Program-made: the position numbers and the translations under genes | Notes under the pieces: model-generated | The model's database searches: none | Seen by the model: the letters and a program-made list of their open reading frames with translations, nothing else | What the model was told of the DNA's origin: nothing | DNA from: Planctomycetota bacterium | GTDB lineage: Bacteria; Planctomycetota; Planctomycetia; Pirellulales; Lacipirellulaceae | Direction: 5' to 3' | NCBI GenBank assembly: GCA_039190745.1 | Contig: JBCCXZ010000025.1 | Coordinates: 1 to 49,192 of the forward strand | Length of the DNA stretch: 49,192 bases | Shown here: piece after piece, positions 31,528 through 41,169 of the stretch | Position numbering within the stretch: position 1 is the stretch's first letter | How the letters are laid out: every line of letters starts with the position of its first letter

Positions 31528-33429
31528 TTAGCCCGAGAAGGGGAACGCCAGCGGGATGAGCACCATCGCGGCGATAGTGAGTAGCAGCGCTAGCGGCCAG
31601 CCGGCCCGCCAATAGTCGAGGGGCTGGTAACCGCCGGGGCCCATCACCATGAGGTTGGTCTGGTAGCCGATGGGCGTGACGAAGCTGAGGCTGGCGGCCA
31701 GCGTGACGGCCACGATAAACGGCCGCGGGTCGTAGCCGGCCAGGGTCGCGATGCTGGCGGCGACGGTGATCATGATGCTGGCGACCGCGACGTTGGTGAC
31801 AACCTCGGTGAGGATTTGCGATACGACGTAAACGATCGCTAGCAGGACGAGCGGTTTGAGGCCCGGGCCGACGTGCAGCAAGTCGACCGAGGAGACGAGG
31901 GAGTTCGCAAGAAAAGCCGCGGCTCCGCTGACGCTGAGGGCCTGACCGAGGCCCAGGGCGGCGGCGATGGTGATGAGCACCTGGAGGTCGATCGCGGAGC
32001 GGGCCTCGGAGGTGTTCATGCAACGGGCTCCGACCATGGCCACCACGACGGCGACCGCAGCAATGGCCTGCACTCCCGGTGCGGCGAGGTTGCCCCATTC
32101 GGCCCACGCGCCGGGCAGCAGGCTGGCGATGGTGAGCCAGAGGATCAGCCCGGCGAACAGCAGGCTGGCCATGAGGGCCCGGTCGTGGCGGCGGGCGGTA
32201 GTTTGGCCGACGCGGCTCACTAGGTAGAAGTCGCTGGAGTGGCGGTGCGACTCGGCGAACTCGTTGCGGGTTTGCAGCAGCAGGGTGTCGCCGGCTTCGA
32301 GGGCGATGGTGCCGATTTTGTTGGTGAGTCGCTCGCCGTTGCGGTGCACGGCGACCACCGCGGCGTTGTAGCGGCGGCGGAATTGGGCGTCGCGGATGGT
32401 CTTGCCGATCAACGGCGAGGTGCGGGAGAGCACCGCTTCGGTGAGCGTGCGGCGGATGCGGTCTTTGGGGGCGGTTTCGTAGGTGTTGTCGACCGCGGGG
32501 ACGAGGCCGGGGATGCGCTCGAGGTCGGCGATGGTGGTCACTACGCCGGTAAAGACGAGCCGGTCGCCGGCATGGAGCACGTCTCTGGGGCTGACCGGTG
32601 TGATGGCGTCGTTGTCGCGATCGATCTCGATGAGGAACAACCCGGGGAGGTTCCGCAGTCCGGCCTCTTGGACGGTCTTGCCGATAAGCGGGCAGGTGGA
32701 AAGGACCTGCATCTCGACGAGGTACTCGCGGCGGCGTTCGCCAAAATCTTCGATGAGGTCGGTGCGGTTCGGGAGCCGGCGGGGCATGGCGGCGATGACG
32801 TACACCGCGCCCAGCAGCGCGATCGGCACGCCGACCATGCTGATCTCGAAGAACGAAAGTTCGCGGAGGCTGAGCTTGCTGAGCTGGCCGTTGATGACCA
32901 GCGTGGTGCTGGTGCCGATGACGGTAGCGACGCCGCCGCAGATGGTGAGGTAACTGAGCGGGATCAGCACCCGCGAAGGCGAGATACTCCGTTTGCGGCA
33001 CCAGTCGACGACCACGGGGGCCATCATCGCGACCAGCGGGGTGTTGAGAACAAAAGCGGAAGAAGGCACGACGGCTGCAGCCAGACGGACGAGGGCGCCG
33101 CGTTCGGTCTCGGCGCTACCCAGCAGCTTGTTGCCGACCCAGTCGAGGGCCCCGGTGGTGCGAAGCCCGGCCGAGGCGGCGAAAAGAGCCCCGATGAGGA
33201 CGACCGCCTTGCTGGCGAATCCGGCGAGGGCCTCCTCTGGCGAGATGACGCCGGCCAGGGTCACCACGGTCAGCCCAGCCACAAAGAGGAAGTCGACGGG
33301 CGTGTTGCGGCGGAACATGCCGGCCAAGACGAGCCCGGTGGTGACCAGTGCGACCCAGCCGTGGAACGTGAGTTCGGCCGCCGGGGCGTCCTGGATCACC
33401 GACTGCAGCAGCGGCGGCGGGGTGTCCAA
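31528..33429 (-). CDS. SLC13-family permease with two TrkA-C domains
   Basis: Multi-TM; SAFVLNTP, IGTSTTL, SFVTPIGYQTNLMV; LIGKTV/LIGKTI repeats. Confidence 0.88.
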   Translation of the reverse strand: MDTPPPLLQSVIQDAPAAELTFHGWVALVTTGLVLAGMFRRNTPVDFLFVAGLTVVTLAGVISPEEALAGFASKAVVLIGALFAASAGLRTTGALDWVGNKLLGSAETERGALVRLAAAVVPSSAFVLNTPLVAMMAPVVVDWCRKRSISPSRVLIPLSYLTICGGVATVIGTSTTLVINGQLSKLSLRELSFFEISMVGVPIALLGAVYVIAAMPRRLPNRTDLIEDFGERRREYLVEMQVLSTCPLIGKTVQEAGLRNLPGLFLIEIDRDNDAITPVSPRDVLHAGDRLVFTGVVTTIADLERIPGLVPAVDNTYETAPKDRIRRTLTEAVLSRTSPLIGKTIRDAQFRRRYNAAVVAVHRNGERLTNKIGTIALEAGDTLLLQTRNEFAESHRHSSDFYLVSRVGQTTARRHDRALMASLLFAGLILWLTIASLLPGAWAEWGNLAAPGVQAIAAVAVVVAMVGARCMNTSEARSAIDLQVLITIAAALGLGQALSVSGAAAFLANSLVSSVDLLHVGPGLKPLVLLAIVYVVSQILTEVVTNVAVASIMITVAASIATLAGYDPRPFIVAVTLAASLSFVTPIGYQTNLMVMGPGGYQPLDYWRAGWPLALLLTIAAMVLIPLAFPFSG

Positions 33430-33773
33430 CGGCGTTCCTGTGTCGTCGCTACGGGGACCGGTTTGGCGGTGACGGGTTGTCGGCGGCCGCCGAGGCGGTT
33501 GGCGGAGTCCGTCTGCGGGCGGGTCGTGCCGGCTGCGACGCCTGCGACGGGCGGCGGCCCGCCAGGCGCTGGTATTGCGGGCTCGAACGGCACGCTGCAG
33601 GGGTCGAATCTAACCAGAAAAAGTTGGCGGGTTCACCCCCGAGTGCTTAAACTAGGCGTACTCGGTGATTTACACGAATTTTCGAGGCAGCGATAGGCCA
33701 TCCCGCCGCTGCTCGGCCCCCCTGCATCCGGAACAGACCGGGGCGCCCCCGTGGAACTCTAGGGAGTCCTCCC

Positions 33774-36700
33774 ATGCGGATTGTTGTTCAGTTTACGCTC
33801 GTCGTTAGCTTGACCCTGGTAGCCGCCATCGGCGGGACCGAGGCGGTCGGCGAGGACGGCGGCTCGCGGATGATCACGTTTAGCCGCGGCGGCGATACTT
33901 ACTACGGCATCAGCCTGATGCCGGGCAGCGAGGTGAAGGCGACTGCGGCGCCGGTGGTGTCGGTGGTGTTCGACACCTCGGCGACCCAGCAGGGCGTTTA
34001 CCGAACAACGGCCCGGGCGGCCCTTGGCGAGTTGCTCGCCTCGGTGGACGGCGACGCGACCGTGCAGCTGTTCGCCGCGGACCTCGACGCCGTGCCGATG
34101 GGCGGGGCGTTCGCGGCCTCAGACGCGGCGTCGGCCGGAGCGGCCTTGGCCGCGTTGGACCAGCGAGTGCCGCTGGGCTCGACCGACTTCACGAAGTCGC
34201 TGCGGACAGTGATGGCCAGCGCGCCGACCGTCGACGACCGGCAGCACGTGCTGGTGTACATCGGCGACGGCCTGAGCGTGGCGAATCTGCTAGACGACGC
34301 AACGCTCCGCGGGGTGGTGGACGACCTGACGGCTCGCCGGATCGCGGTGAGCAGCTACGTCATCGGCCCCGGCACCGACGCGGAGACGCTGGCGGTGCTC
34401 GCCAACCAAACCGGCGGCAACCTCTACGTAGCCGAGCCGCTCGCTAGAGCGGACGAGGCGGCGGGGGTCTCGGTACAACGGGCTGTCGCAGAAAACCAGC
34501 GCCTGGGCCGGCTGGCCGGGAAGCGTCTGGCCGAGTGGGCCGAGGCCACGGTTTACTGGCCGACGGCGGTCGACATCGGCGGGGTCTTCGGGCAGGTGCT
34601 GCCAGAAGGCTGCCCGCCGCTGCGTTCGGACCGCGACACGATCCTGATCGGTTTCACGCCGGAATCGCTGCCGACCGAGGCCTCGGTGGGCGTCGAGACC
34701 GAGGTGGTCGGGCACAGCGGGACGGTCGCGCACACTTGGTCGGTCCGGCCGGAAGCGCCGAGCGACGACCATGCGTTCCTCCTTCAATTAGTCGACAAGA
34801 ACTTGTTCTCTGGCGGGCTGCGGCTGCCGACGGTTGGATCGGCGGGGCTCGCGGAGAGCGCCAGGCTGATCGGGGCGCGGCTCGACCAGCTCACGGGGCT
34901 GGCACAGCGGGCAGCGGCCTCGGGCGACCGGCGCTCAGCCGAGCGGATCGTTCAAACGGTGCTGCAAGCCGACCCGGGCAACGTGCAGGCCGAGCTGGTG
35001 CAGAATGTCGTGGAAGAGATGCCTTCACTGACCCTGCCGGGCGGCGGATTCGACGACGCGGTGGTCATTGAGAACGACTCGCTGCTCGGCCGGGTGGCGG
35101 ACGGCGGCGAGTTTCTGGACGAAGTCGAGCAAGAGCGTCGCGTCTACGCGGAGCTGCTGGCGAAAGAGGTGCAGAACACGATCCTCGGCGCCCGTGCGAT
35201 CATGAAGAGCGCCCCGCAGCAGGCGATGCAGGACCTGAAGCTCTCGCTGGAGGGTGTCCGGACCGCGGCGGACCTCGAAGAAGGTAAGCGGGCCGAGCTG
35301 GCCGACAAGCTGCAGGCGGCGCTGAAAGAAGCCCGCTACCAGGCCTCGGTCAAGGCGGAGCTCGACCGGCAGAGGGACCAGGAGCTGGCGACCCTCCGCG
35401 AAGTAAAGCTGCTGAACGAGCAGCTGACGCGGAAGATCGAGCGGACCGACCAGCTCGTGGACCGATTCGAAGCCCTGATGGAGGAACGCCGGTACGCAGA
35501 GGCGATCGAAGTAGCCGCGGTGGTCGACCTGAACGAACAGGACGACGGCCCGGAGAGCGTGATCGCACGGTCGACCGTGTTGAACTCCCGGATGAGCCGC
35601 AACAATTACCTGCAGCAAGTGGCCCGCGCGGCGCGTTGGCAGGGCTTCTTCGATACGATGTACACGGTTGAGCTTTCATCGATCCCGTTTCCGGATGATC
35701 CTCCGATCGTGTACCCGGACGCGGACGTTTGGGAGGAACTCTCCAATATGCGGAAAGACCGCTACGCATCGATGGATCTCAGCGCGAGCAGCCCGGCGGA
35801 AGAGAAGATCAACAGCACGCTCCGCGACCAGATCCGCGGAGCGCTGACGTACATCGAGCTGCCACTGAGCGAGGTGATGGACAACCTCGAAAACGAGTAC
35901 GAGATTCAGATCGAGTTCGACGAGGCGGCCCTCGAAGAGATCGGGGCCAGCTCGGACACCGAGGTGACCATCAACATCCGCAATGTGTCGCTGCGGTCGG
36001 CGTTGAATCTGATCCTCCGCTCGCCGGGCTTGGAGGACCTCACCTACGTGGTCGAGGATGAGGTTCTGCTGATCACGACCGAAGAACGCGCCAACGAGAC
36101 GCTGAAGGTGAAGGTCTACCCCGTTGCTGACTTGGTGCTGCCTGTGCAGACCCTTGGGATCGGCGGCGGGGGCGGCGGCCTCGGCGGCGGCGGAGGCGGG
36201 CAAGGCGGCGGCGGCTTGGGCGGCGGCGGAGGCGGCGGCCTCGGCGGCGGCGGAGGCGGCTTCGGCGGAGGAGGCGGCGGTCAAGGCGGCGGGGGCGGCG
36301 GCGGATTCTTTAGCGTCGCGGACGATCCGGCCGACGGCGCGGAGGCTATCGAGAAAGACAGCCGGCAAGAAGAACCCGAGAGCACCGCGCCGGCTTCGCA
36401 GTCGGAGAGCTCGGAACCTCGCACGGATTGGGACGCCCGGTTCGCTGCGTCGGTGCTCCCGCCAGAGGAAGTGCGGCAGACGGCCCGCGACCTCATGAAA
36501 GGTCGCCAGGCCGCGGAGTTGATCGACCTGATCCTCGCCGCGCTGCGGCACGGCCAGGCCCAATCGTGGATGTACGAGTCGCTCGGCATCGCGATGGAGC
36601 TAGACGGCAGACCCAAGAGCGAGATCGAACGGGCGATCATGAGCGCGTGCGACTTCAGCACGACGCCGGACGAGCTGATGATGATCGCCCGCTACCTGCA

Positions 36701-37754
36701 GCACCTCGGGTTGGACGAACGGGCCGTGGAGGTCTACCGGCAGGTGACGAAGACCACGCCGTTGAATCACGAGGCGTATGCGTTGGCCTTGAAGGTGGCC
36801 GAGCGCACGGGCGAACTGGACCAGATCCGCTGGGCGACGCTCGGCGTGCTGCGTCACGGTTGGACAGACGACCAAGCCTCGATCCGCGAGGCGGCCTCCC
36901 GGCTGGCCCGTTCGACACTGGCGCGGCTCTCCGAGGAGGGCGAGGCTGCCGAGGCCGAGTCGTTCCGCCGCGAGTTGGACGAGGCGGTGGTTCGTGATTG
37001 CCTGGTGAAGGTCACCTGGGCGGGCAACGCCGATGTCGACCTGATCGTCGAAGAGCCGGGTGGGACGGTCTGCTCGCACAGCAACCCCCGCACGACCGGC
37101 GGCGGCGTGAGCCTGGGGGATGCCTACGCGACGCCGGGCGAGAGCTTCTCGGACGGCCTGAGCGAGACTTACATGTGCGCCCGGGGCTACGCGGGCGAGT
37201 ACCGGGCCCGCATCCGTCGGGTTTCCGGCAAGGTCGTGGCGGGCCGGGTGACGGTCGACGTCTACCTGAACTACCGCAGCGGCGCCCAGCTGCACGAGCG
37301 GCAGCGGATTGAGCTGCCGGCCGAGGAAGACGCGATGGTGGTGTTTACGCTCCCGGTCGGGCGGCGTCAGGCGCCGATTGAAGAAGAGCAGCTCGCCACG
37401 GCGGTTCGCCGCCAGCACGAGACGAGCCGGGCGGCACTCGCGCAGCAGCTCGTGGGTATCTCCGACCCTTCGGCATTTGGCGGTCGCGACGGCTTGGCAG
37501 CCGACGCACGGCGCGGCGGCGGCGGGCTCGCGGCGTTGCTCCGAGGCGGCGGCGCGGTGGGCTTCCAGCCGATCATCACCACGCTGCCCGAGGGCACGCA
37601 GATGGTCACGACGGGCGTGATCTCCGCCGACCGGCGTTATGTGCGGATCTCGGCGGCTCCGTCGTTCACGGGCATTGGCGCGGTCACGACGTTCACGTTC
37701 GCCGGTGCGGCCGCTCCAGCGGGCGGGGGCGGCGCTCCGCCGGCAGGGACATAA
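33774..37754 (+). CDS. Large exported multidomain protein (vWA-like, secretin-N-like, poly-Gly, TPR-like)
   Basis: Signal peptide; VVFDTSATQ, YIGDG; LRSALNLIL...VYPVADLV; VISADRRYVR. Confidence 0.8.
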   Translation: MRIVVQFTLVVSLTLVAAIGGTEAVGEDGGSRMITFSRGGDTYYGISLMPGSEVKATAAPVVSVVFDTSATQQGVYRTTARAALGELLASVDGDATVQLFAADLDAVPMGGAFAASDAASAGAALAALDQRVPLGSTDFTKSLRTVMASAPTVDDRQHVLVYIGDGLSVANLLDDATLRGVVDDLTARRIAVSSYVIGPGTDAETLAVLANQTGGNLYVAEPLARADEAAGVSVQRAVAENQRLGRLAGKRLAEWAEATVYWPTAVDIGGVFGQVLPEGCPPLRSDRDTILIGFTPESLPTEASVGVETEVVGHSGTVAHTWSVRPEAPSDDHAFLLQLVDKNLFSGGLRLPTVGSAGLAESARLIGARLDQLTGLAQRAAASGDRRSAERIVQTVLQADPGNVQAELVQNVVEEMPSLTLPGGGFDDAVVIENDSLLGRVADGGEFLDEVEQERRVYAELLAKEVQNTILGARAIMKSAPQQAMQDLKLSLEGVRTAADLEEGKRAELADKLQAALKEARYQASVKAELDRQRDQELATLREVKLLNEQLTRKIERTDQLVDRFEALMEERRYAEAIEVAAVVDLNEQDDGPESVIARSTVLNSRMSRNNYLQQVARAARWQGFFDTMYTVELSSIPFPDDPPIVYPDADVWEELSNMRKDRYASMDLSASSPAEEKINSTLRDQIRGALTYIELPLSEVMDNLENEYEIQIEFDEAALEEIGASSDTEVTINIRNVSLRSALNLILRSPGLEDLTYVVEDEVLLITTEERANETLKVKVYPVADLVLPVQTLGIGGGGGGLGGGGGGQGGGGLGGGGGGGLGGGGGGFGGGGGGQGGGGGGGFFSVADDPADGAEAIEKDSRQEEPESTAPASQSESSEPRTDWDARFAASVLPPEEVRQTARDLMKGRQAAELIDLILAALRHGQAQSWMYESLGIAMELDGRPKSEIERAIMSACDFSTTPDELMMIARYLQHLGLDERAVEVYRQVTKTTPLNHEAYALALKVAERTGELDQIRWATLGVLRHGWTDDQASIREAASRLARSTLARLSEEGEAAEAESFRRELDEAVVRDCLVKVTWAGNADVDLIVEEPGGTVCSHSNPRTTGGGVSLGDAYATPGESFSDGLSETYMCARGYAGEYRARIRRVSGKVVAGRVTVDVYLNYRSGAQLHERQRIELPAEEDAMVVFTLPVGRRQAPIEEEQLATAVRRQHETSRAALAQQLVGISDPSAFGGRDGLAADARRGGGGLAALLRGGGAVGFQPIITTLPEGTQMVTTGVISADRRYVRISAAPSFTGIGAVTTFTFAGAAAPAGGGGAPPAGT
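36162..36305 (+). repeat. (GGC)n coding repeat encoding a 48-residue Gly-rich tract
   Basis: GGGGGGLGGGGGGQGGGGLGGG..., in frame. Confidence 0.9.
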
Positions 37755-37815
37755 CCAAGCGGCGTAAGCGACTTTGTCGCCCGATCTGACGGCGTCCGCC
37801 TATAGGGTGCTCGCC

Positions 37816-38535
37816 TCAGAGAGGCCAGCGCTCGCCTAGTGTGCGTTTCTGCAGCGCCGTCAGTTGCTCGATGCCCACGCCGGCTAGTTCGAGCATGCCG
37901 TCGAGCTGGCCGCGGCTGAAGGTGGCGCCCTCGCCCGTGCCCTGAACTTCGATGAACTCTCCCTCGCCGGTGGTGACGACGTTCATGTCGACCTCGGCCC
38001 GGACGTCTTCGGGGTAGTCGAGGTCGAGCACCGGCGTGCCGTCCACGACCCCCACGCTGACCGCGGCCACGCTGGAGGTGATCGCGGCGGAGGCGGCCCC
38101 TACGGTGTCGAGGGCGCGGACCAGCGCGACGAACGCCCCGGTGATGCTCGCGGTGCGGGTGCCGCCGTCCGCACGGAGCACGTCGCAGTCGACGGTGACG
38201 GTCCGCTCGCCGAGGCCTTCCAGGTTTACCGCGGCGCGGAGGCTGCGGCCGATGAGCCGTTGGATCTCGCTGGTGCGGCCGTCGAGCTTGGGGCCGCGAT
38301 CACGGCGCTTGCGGTCGCCTGTGCTGCCGGGGAGCATGCTGTACTCGGCGGTGACCCAGCCGCGGCCGCGGCCGGCCATCCAGGGGGGCACGTCGTCGTC
38401 GATCGAGGCGGTGCAGAGCACGACGGTGTTGCCGGCGGAGATCATGGCCTTGCCTGCGGCCGAGCTGGGCGGGTCGAGGTCGATCGCCACGGGTCGGAGG
38501 GTGTCGGGGGCGCGGCCGTCGTGGCGGGTGGGCAT
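37816..38535 (-). CDS. rph: Ribonuclease PH
   Basis: GWVTAEYSMLP, EIQRLIGRSLR, DCDVLRADGGTRTASITG, IEVQGTGE. Confidence 0.95.
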   Translation of the reverse strand: MPTRHDGRAPDTLRPVAIDLDPPSSAAGKAMISAGNTVVLCTASIDDDVPPWMAGRGRGWVTAEYSMLPGSTGDRKRRDRGPKLDGRTSEIQRLIGRSLRAAVNLEGLGERTVTVDCDVLRADGGTRTASITGAFVALVRALDTVGAASAAITSSVAAVSVGVVDGTPVLDLDYPEDVRAEVDMNVVTTGEGEFIEVQGTGEGATFSRGQLDGMLELAGVGIEQLTALQKRTLGERWPL

Positions 38536-38574
38536 GGCGGATTGAGTGGGAGCGGGAGTGGGGAGTGGGAGAGT

Positions 38575-39492
38575 TTAGCCTTTGGCTCCTAGGAGCCAGG
38601 TGAGGACGCCTTTTTGGACGTGCATGCGGTTGGCGGCCTGCTCGACGATGACGCTGCCCGGGCTGTCCATGACGCCGTCGGTCACTTCTTCGCCGCGGCG
38701 GGCCGGGAGGCAGTGCATGAAGACTGCGTCGTCGGGGGCGGAGGCCATCAGCGCCTCGTTCACCTGGAAGGCGGCGAAATCTTGTTTGCGTTGCTGCTGC
38801 TCTTTCTCTTGTCCCATGCTGGCCCAGACGTCGGTGTAGACGGCGCTGGCGCCGTCGACGGCCTGGGCTGGGTTTTCGGTCACTTCGGGCTTCCAGTCGG
38901 GGAAGCGGGCGGCGAGCAGACGGAGGAAGCCCTCGTCGAAGCGGTAGCCCGCCGGGCTGGCGACCGAGAGCCGGGCGCCCATCAGTGCGCAACCAATGGG
39001 GAGGCTGCGGGCGACGTTGTTGCCGTCGCCGATCCAGGCGATCTTGGTTTCGCTGAGGTCGCCGAAACGCTCGTGGACGGTGTAGAGGTCGGCGAGCGCC
39101 TGGCAGGGGTGGGCGAGGTCGGTGAGCCCGTTGATCACGGCGCAGGTGGCGTGCTCGGCGATGCTCTCGACCGTTGCATGCTGCTTGGAGCGGACGACGA
39201 TGACGTCGACCAGCTCGCTGAGCACGCGGGTGAAGTCGTCGACGCGTTCGCGTTTGCCGAAACCGACGTCGTCGCCGAGCATCATGCTGGTGCCGCCGAG
39301 GTGGGCCATGCCCGACTGGAAGCTCACCCGCGTGCGGAGCGAGGGCTTCTCGAACATCAGGGCCATCACCCGGCCCGGCAGCAAGGGCTCGCGGACGCCC
39401 TGCTTGAATTTGGACTTCAGGTCTTTGGTGAGGGCGAAGATCGTGCCGAGTTCTTCGGCCGAGATATCGAAGAGCGTAACCAGGTGTCGCAT
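38575..39492 (-). CDS. argF: Ornithine carbamoyltransferase
   Basis: FEKPSLRTRVSF, HPCQALAD, DVWASMG, HCLPA. Confidence 0.95.
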   Translation of the reverse strand: MRHLVTLFDISAEELGTIFALTKDLKSKFKQGVREPLLPGRVMALMFEKPSLRTRVSFQSGMAHLGGTSMMLGDDVGFGKRERVDDFTRVLSELVDVIVVRSKQHATVESIAEHATCAVINGLTDLAHPCQALADLYTVHERFGDLSETKIAWIGDGNNVARSLPIGCALMGARLSVASPAGYRFDEGFLRLLAARFPDWKPEVTENPAQAVDGASAVYTDVWASMGQEKEQQQRKQDFAAFQVNEALMASAPDDAVFMHCLPARRGEEVTDGVMDSPGSVIVEQAANRMHVQKGVLTWLLGAKG

Positions 39493-39561
39493 GGCGGCAG
39501 AGGATTTTGACAGGATGACAGGATTGTCAGAGCGATGAACAGGATGGCTGCACGGGGCTGT

Positions 39562-39634
39562 TGTGGGAGGCCTCTCTGAGGCCGATTACGTTTTCCATTG
39601 CAAGGCGGAATCGGGCTCGGAGAGCCCTCCCACA
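39562..39634. repeat. REPIN
   Basis: TGTGGGAGGCCTCTCTGAGGCCGATT ... AATCGGGCTCGGAGAGCCCTCCCACA. Confidence 0.8.
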
Positions 39635-39648
39635 GATTTTTCTGCTAC

Positions 39649-40845
39649 CTAAACGGCTCCGCGGACGGCGGCGGTGAGGATTTCGCAGCCCTCTTCGAGC
39701 TCTTGGTCGGTGAGCGTCATGGCGGGCAGCAGGCGGATTACTCGGCCCTGGGTGCAGTTGACGAGCAGGCCGTCCTGCATGCACTTTTCGAGTACCGGCG
39801 TGCCGTCGATAGTGAGCTCAAGCCCGACCATCAGGCCGCGGACGCGGAGCTCGGCGACATGGGGCAACTCGTCGACCAGCGGGCCGAGCTTCTGCGTGAA
39901 TAATTCGCCGAGCTGGGTGGCTCGCTCCAGGAGGTTGCCCTCTTCGATTGCTTCGATGGTGGCGATCCCCGCGCGGGCGGCGAGCGGGTTGCCGCCGAAG
40001 GTGGCGGCGTGCATACCGGGGCGGAGGCTGGGGGCCACTTCGTGCGTGGCGAGCAGGGCCGCGCCGGCGACGCCGCCGCAGAGACTCTTCGCAAGGGTCA
40101 TCACGTCGGGGGTGACGCCCTCGTGCTGGTGGGCAAACCACTTGCCGGTGCGTCCGCAGCCGGCTTGGACTTCGTCGAAGATGAGCAGGGCGCCGCGTTC
40201 GTCGCAGAGATCGCGGAGCCCCTGGAGGAACCCGGCGGGCGGGATGCGGATGCCGCCCTCGCCCTGGACGGGCTCGATCAGCACCGCGGCGGTTTGGTCG
40301 TCGATCAGCTCGGCCGCGGCTTCCAGGTCGCCGAAGGGGGCGTACTTGAAGCCGGGCAGCACGGGGCCGATGCCCTCGTGGTACTTGGGCTGGGCGGTAG
40401 CGGTGACCGCGGCGTAAGTGCGGCCGTGGAAGCCGCCCTCGAAGGTGACGATGTGGTGACGGCTGCCGTCGGCGTGGAGCCGGGCGAGCTTGATGGCGGC
40501 CTCGTTGGCCTCAGCGCCGGAATTGCAGAAGAAGGCCTGCCCGCCGAAGCTGCGGTCGCTGAGCATCTGTGCCCAGCGGCCTTGGGCCTCGATGTACCAC
40601 GTGTTAGGGACGTGGATCAGCTTGCCGAGCTGCTCGCGGACGGCCTCGACGACCTTCTCGGGACAGTGTCCCAGGAGGTTGCAGCCCCAGCCGGGGAAGA
40701 AGTCTAGGTAGCGCTTGCCCGACTCGTCCCAGACCCAGGAGCCCTCGCCGCGGTCGAGCGTCACCGGGAAGCGGCGGTAGTTCGGCACGACGTACTGGTC
40801 GAAGAGGCCGATGGTGTCGCTGGCGGGCGGGGCTTGGGTAGACAC
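39649..40845 (-). CDS. argD: Acetylornithine aminotransferase
   Basis: [44 protein letters not shown]; lies between argB and argF; GTG start estimated. Confidence 0.9.
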   Translation of the reverse strand: MSTQAPPASDTIGLFDQYVVPNYRRFPVTLDRGEGSWVWDESGKRYLDFFPGWGCNLLGHCPEKVVEAVREQLGKLIHVPNTWYIEAQGRWAQMLSDRSFGGQAFFCNSGAEANEAAIKLARLHADGSRHHIVTFEGGFHGRTYAAVTATAQPKYHEGIGPVLPGFKYAPFGDLEAAAELIDDQTAAVLIEPVQGEGGIRIPPAGFLQGLRDLCDERGALLIFDEVQAGCGRTGKWFAHQHEGVTPDVMTLAKSLCGGVAGAALLATHEVAPSLRPGMHAATFGGNPLAARAGIATIEAIEEGNLLERATQLGELFTQKLGPLVDELPHVAELRVRGLMVGLELTIDGTPVLEKCMQDGLLVNCTQGRVIRLLPAMTLTDQELEEGCEILTAAVRGAV

Positions 40846-40879
40846 GGTTGGGGGATCCTTTTCTTTCGGGTTCGGTAAG

Positions 40880-41130
40880 TTCACCACGGAGGCACGGAGG
40901 TCACGGAGCAGAGAGAAGGGGAACACTAATCTTCGCTAATCCGGATTAGTGACGATTAGCGAGGATTAGTGTTCCACATCACTTCTCTTACCTTTCGCTC
41001 TTCTTGGTGCTTTAGTGTCTTCGCCGATTTTGGATTCGCAGCTAAGCGAAATCGGGCTCGGAGAGCCCTCCCACAAACAGCTTCAGATTCTTCACTCGTT
41101 CCTCCGTGTCCTCCGTGTTTCTGTGGTGAA
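40880..41130. repeat. Composite nested repeat: outer CACGGAG inverted repeats enclosing a CTAAT palindrome (40920-40975) and a REP (41050-41075)
   Basis: TTCACCACGGAGGCACGGAGGTCACGGAG ... CTCCGTGTCCTCCGTGTTTCTGTGGTGAA. Confidence 0.75.
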
Positions 41131-41169
41131 ACAATCAGCGAATCGAACTCCGCTTGGACAGCGATAGCG

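Noticed and set aside
38544..38572. GGGAGT-type short tandem runs (also near 26821-26835), possible G-quadruplex
   Set aside because: Too short and low in complexity to support a function.
22174..41130. Repeats as a CRISPR array
   Set aside because: They are dispersed inverted repeats with no regular repeat-spacer period, and there are no cas genes.
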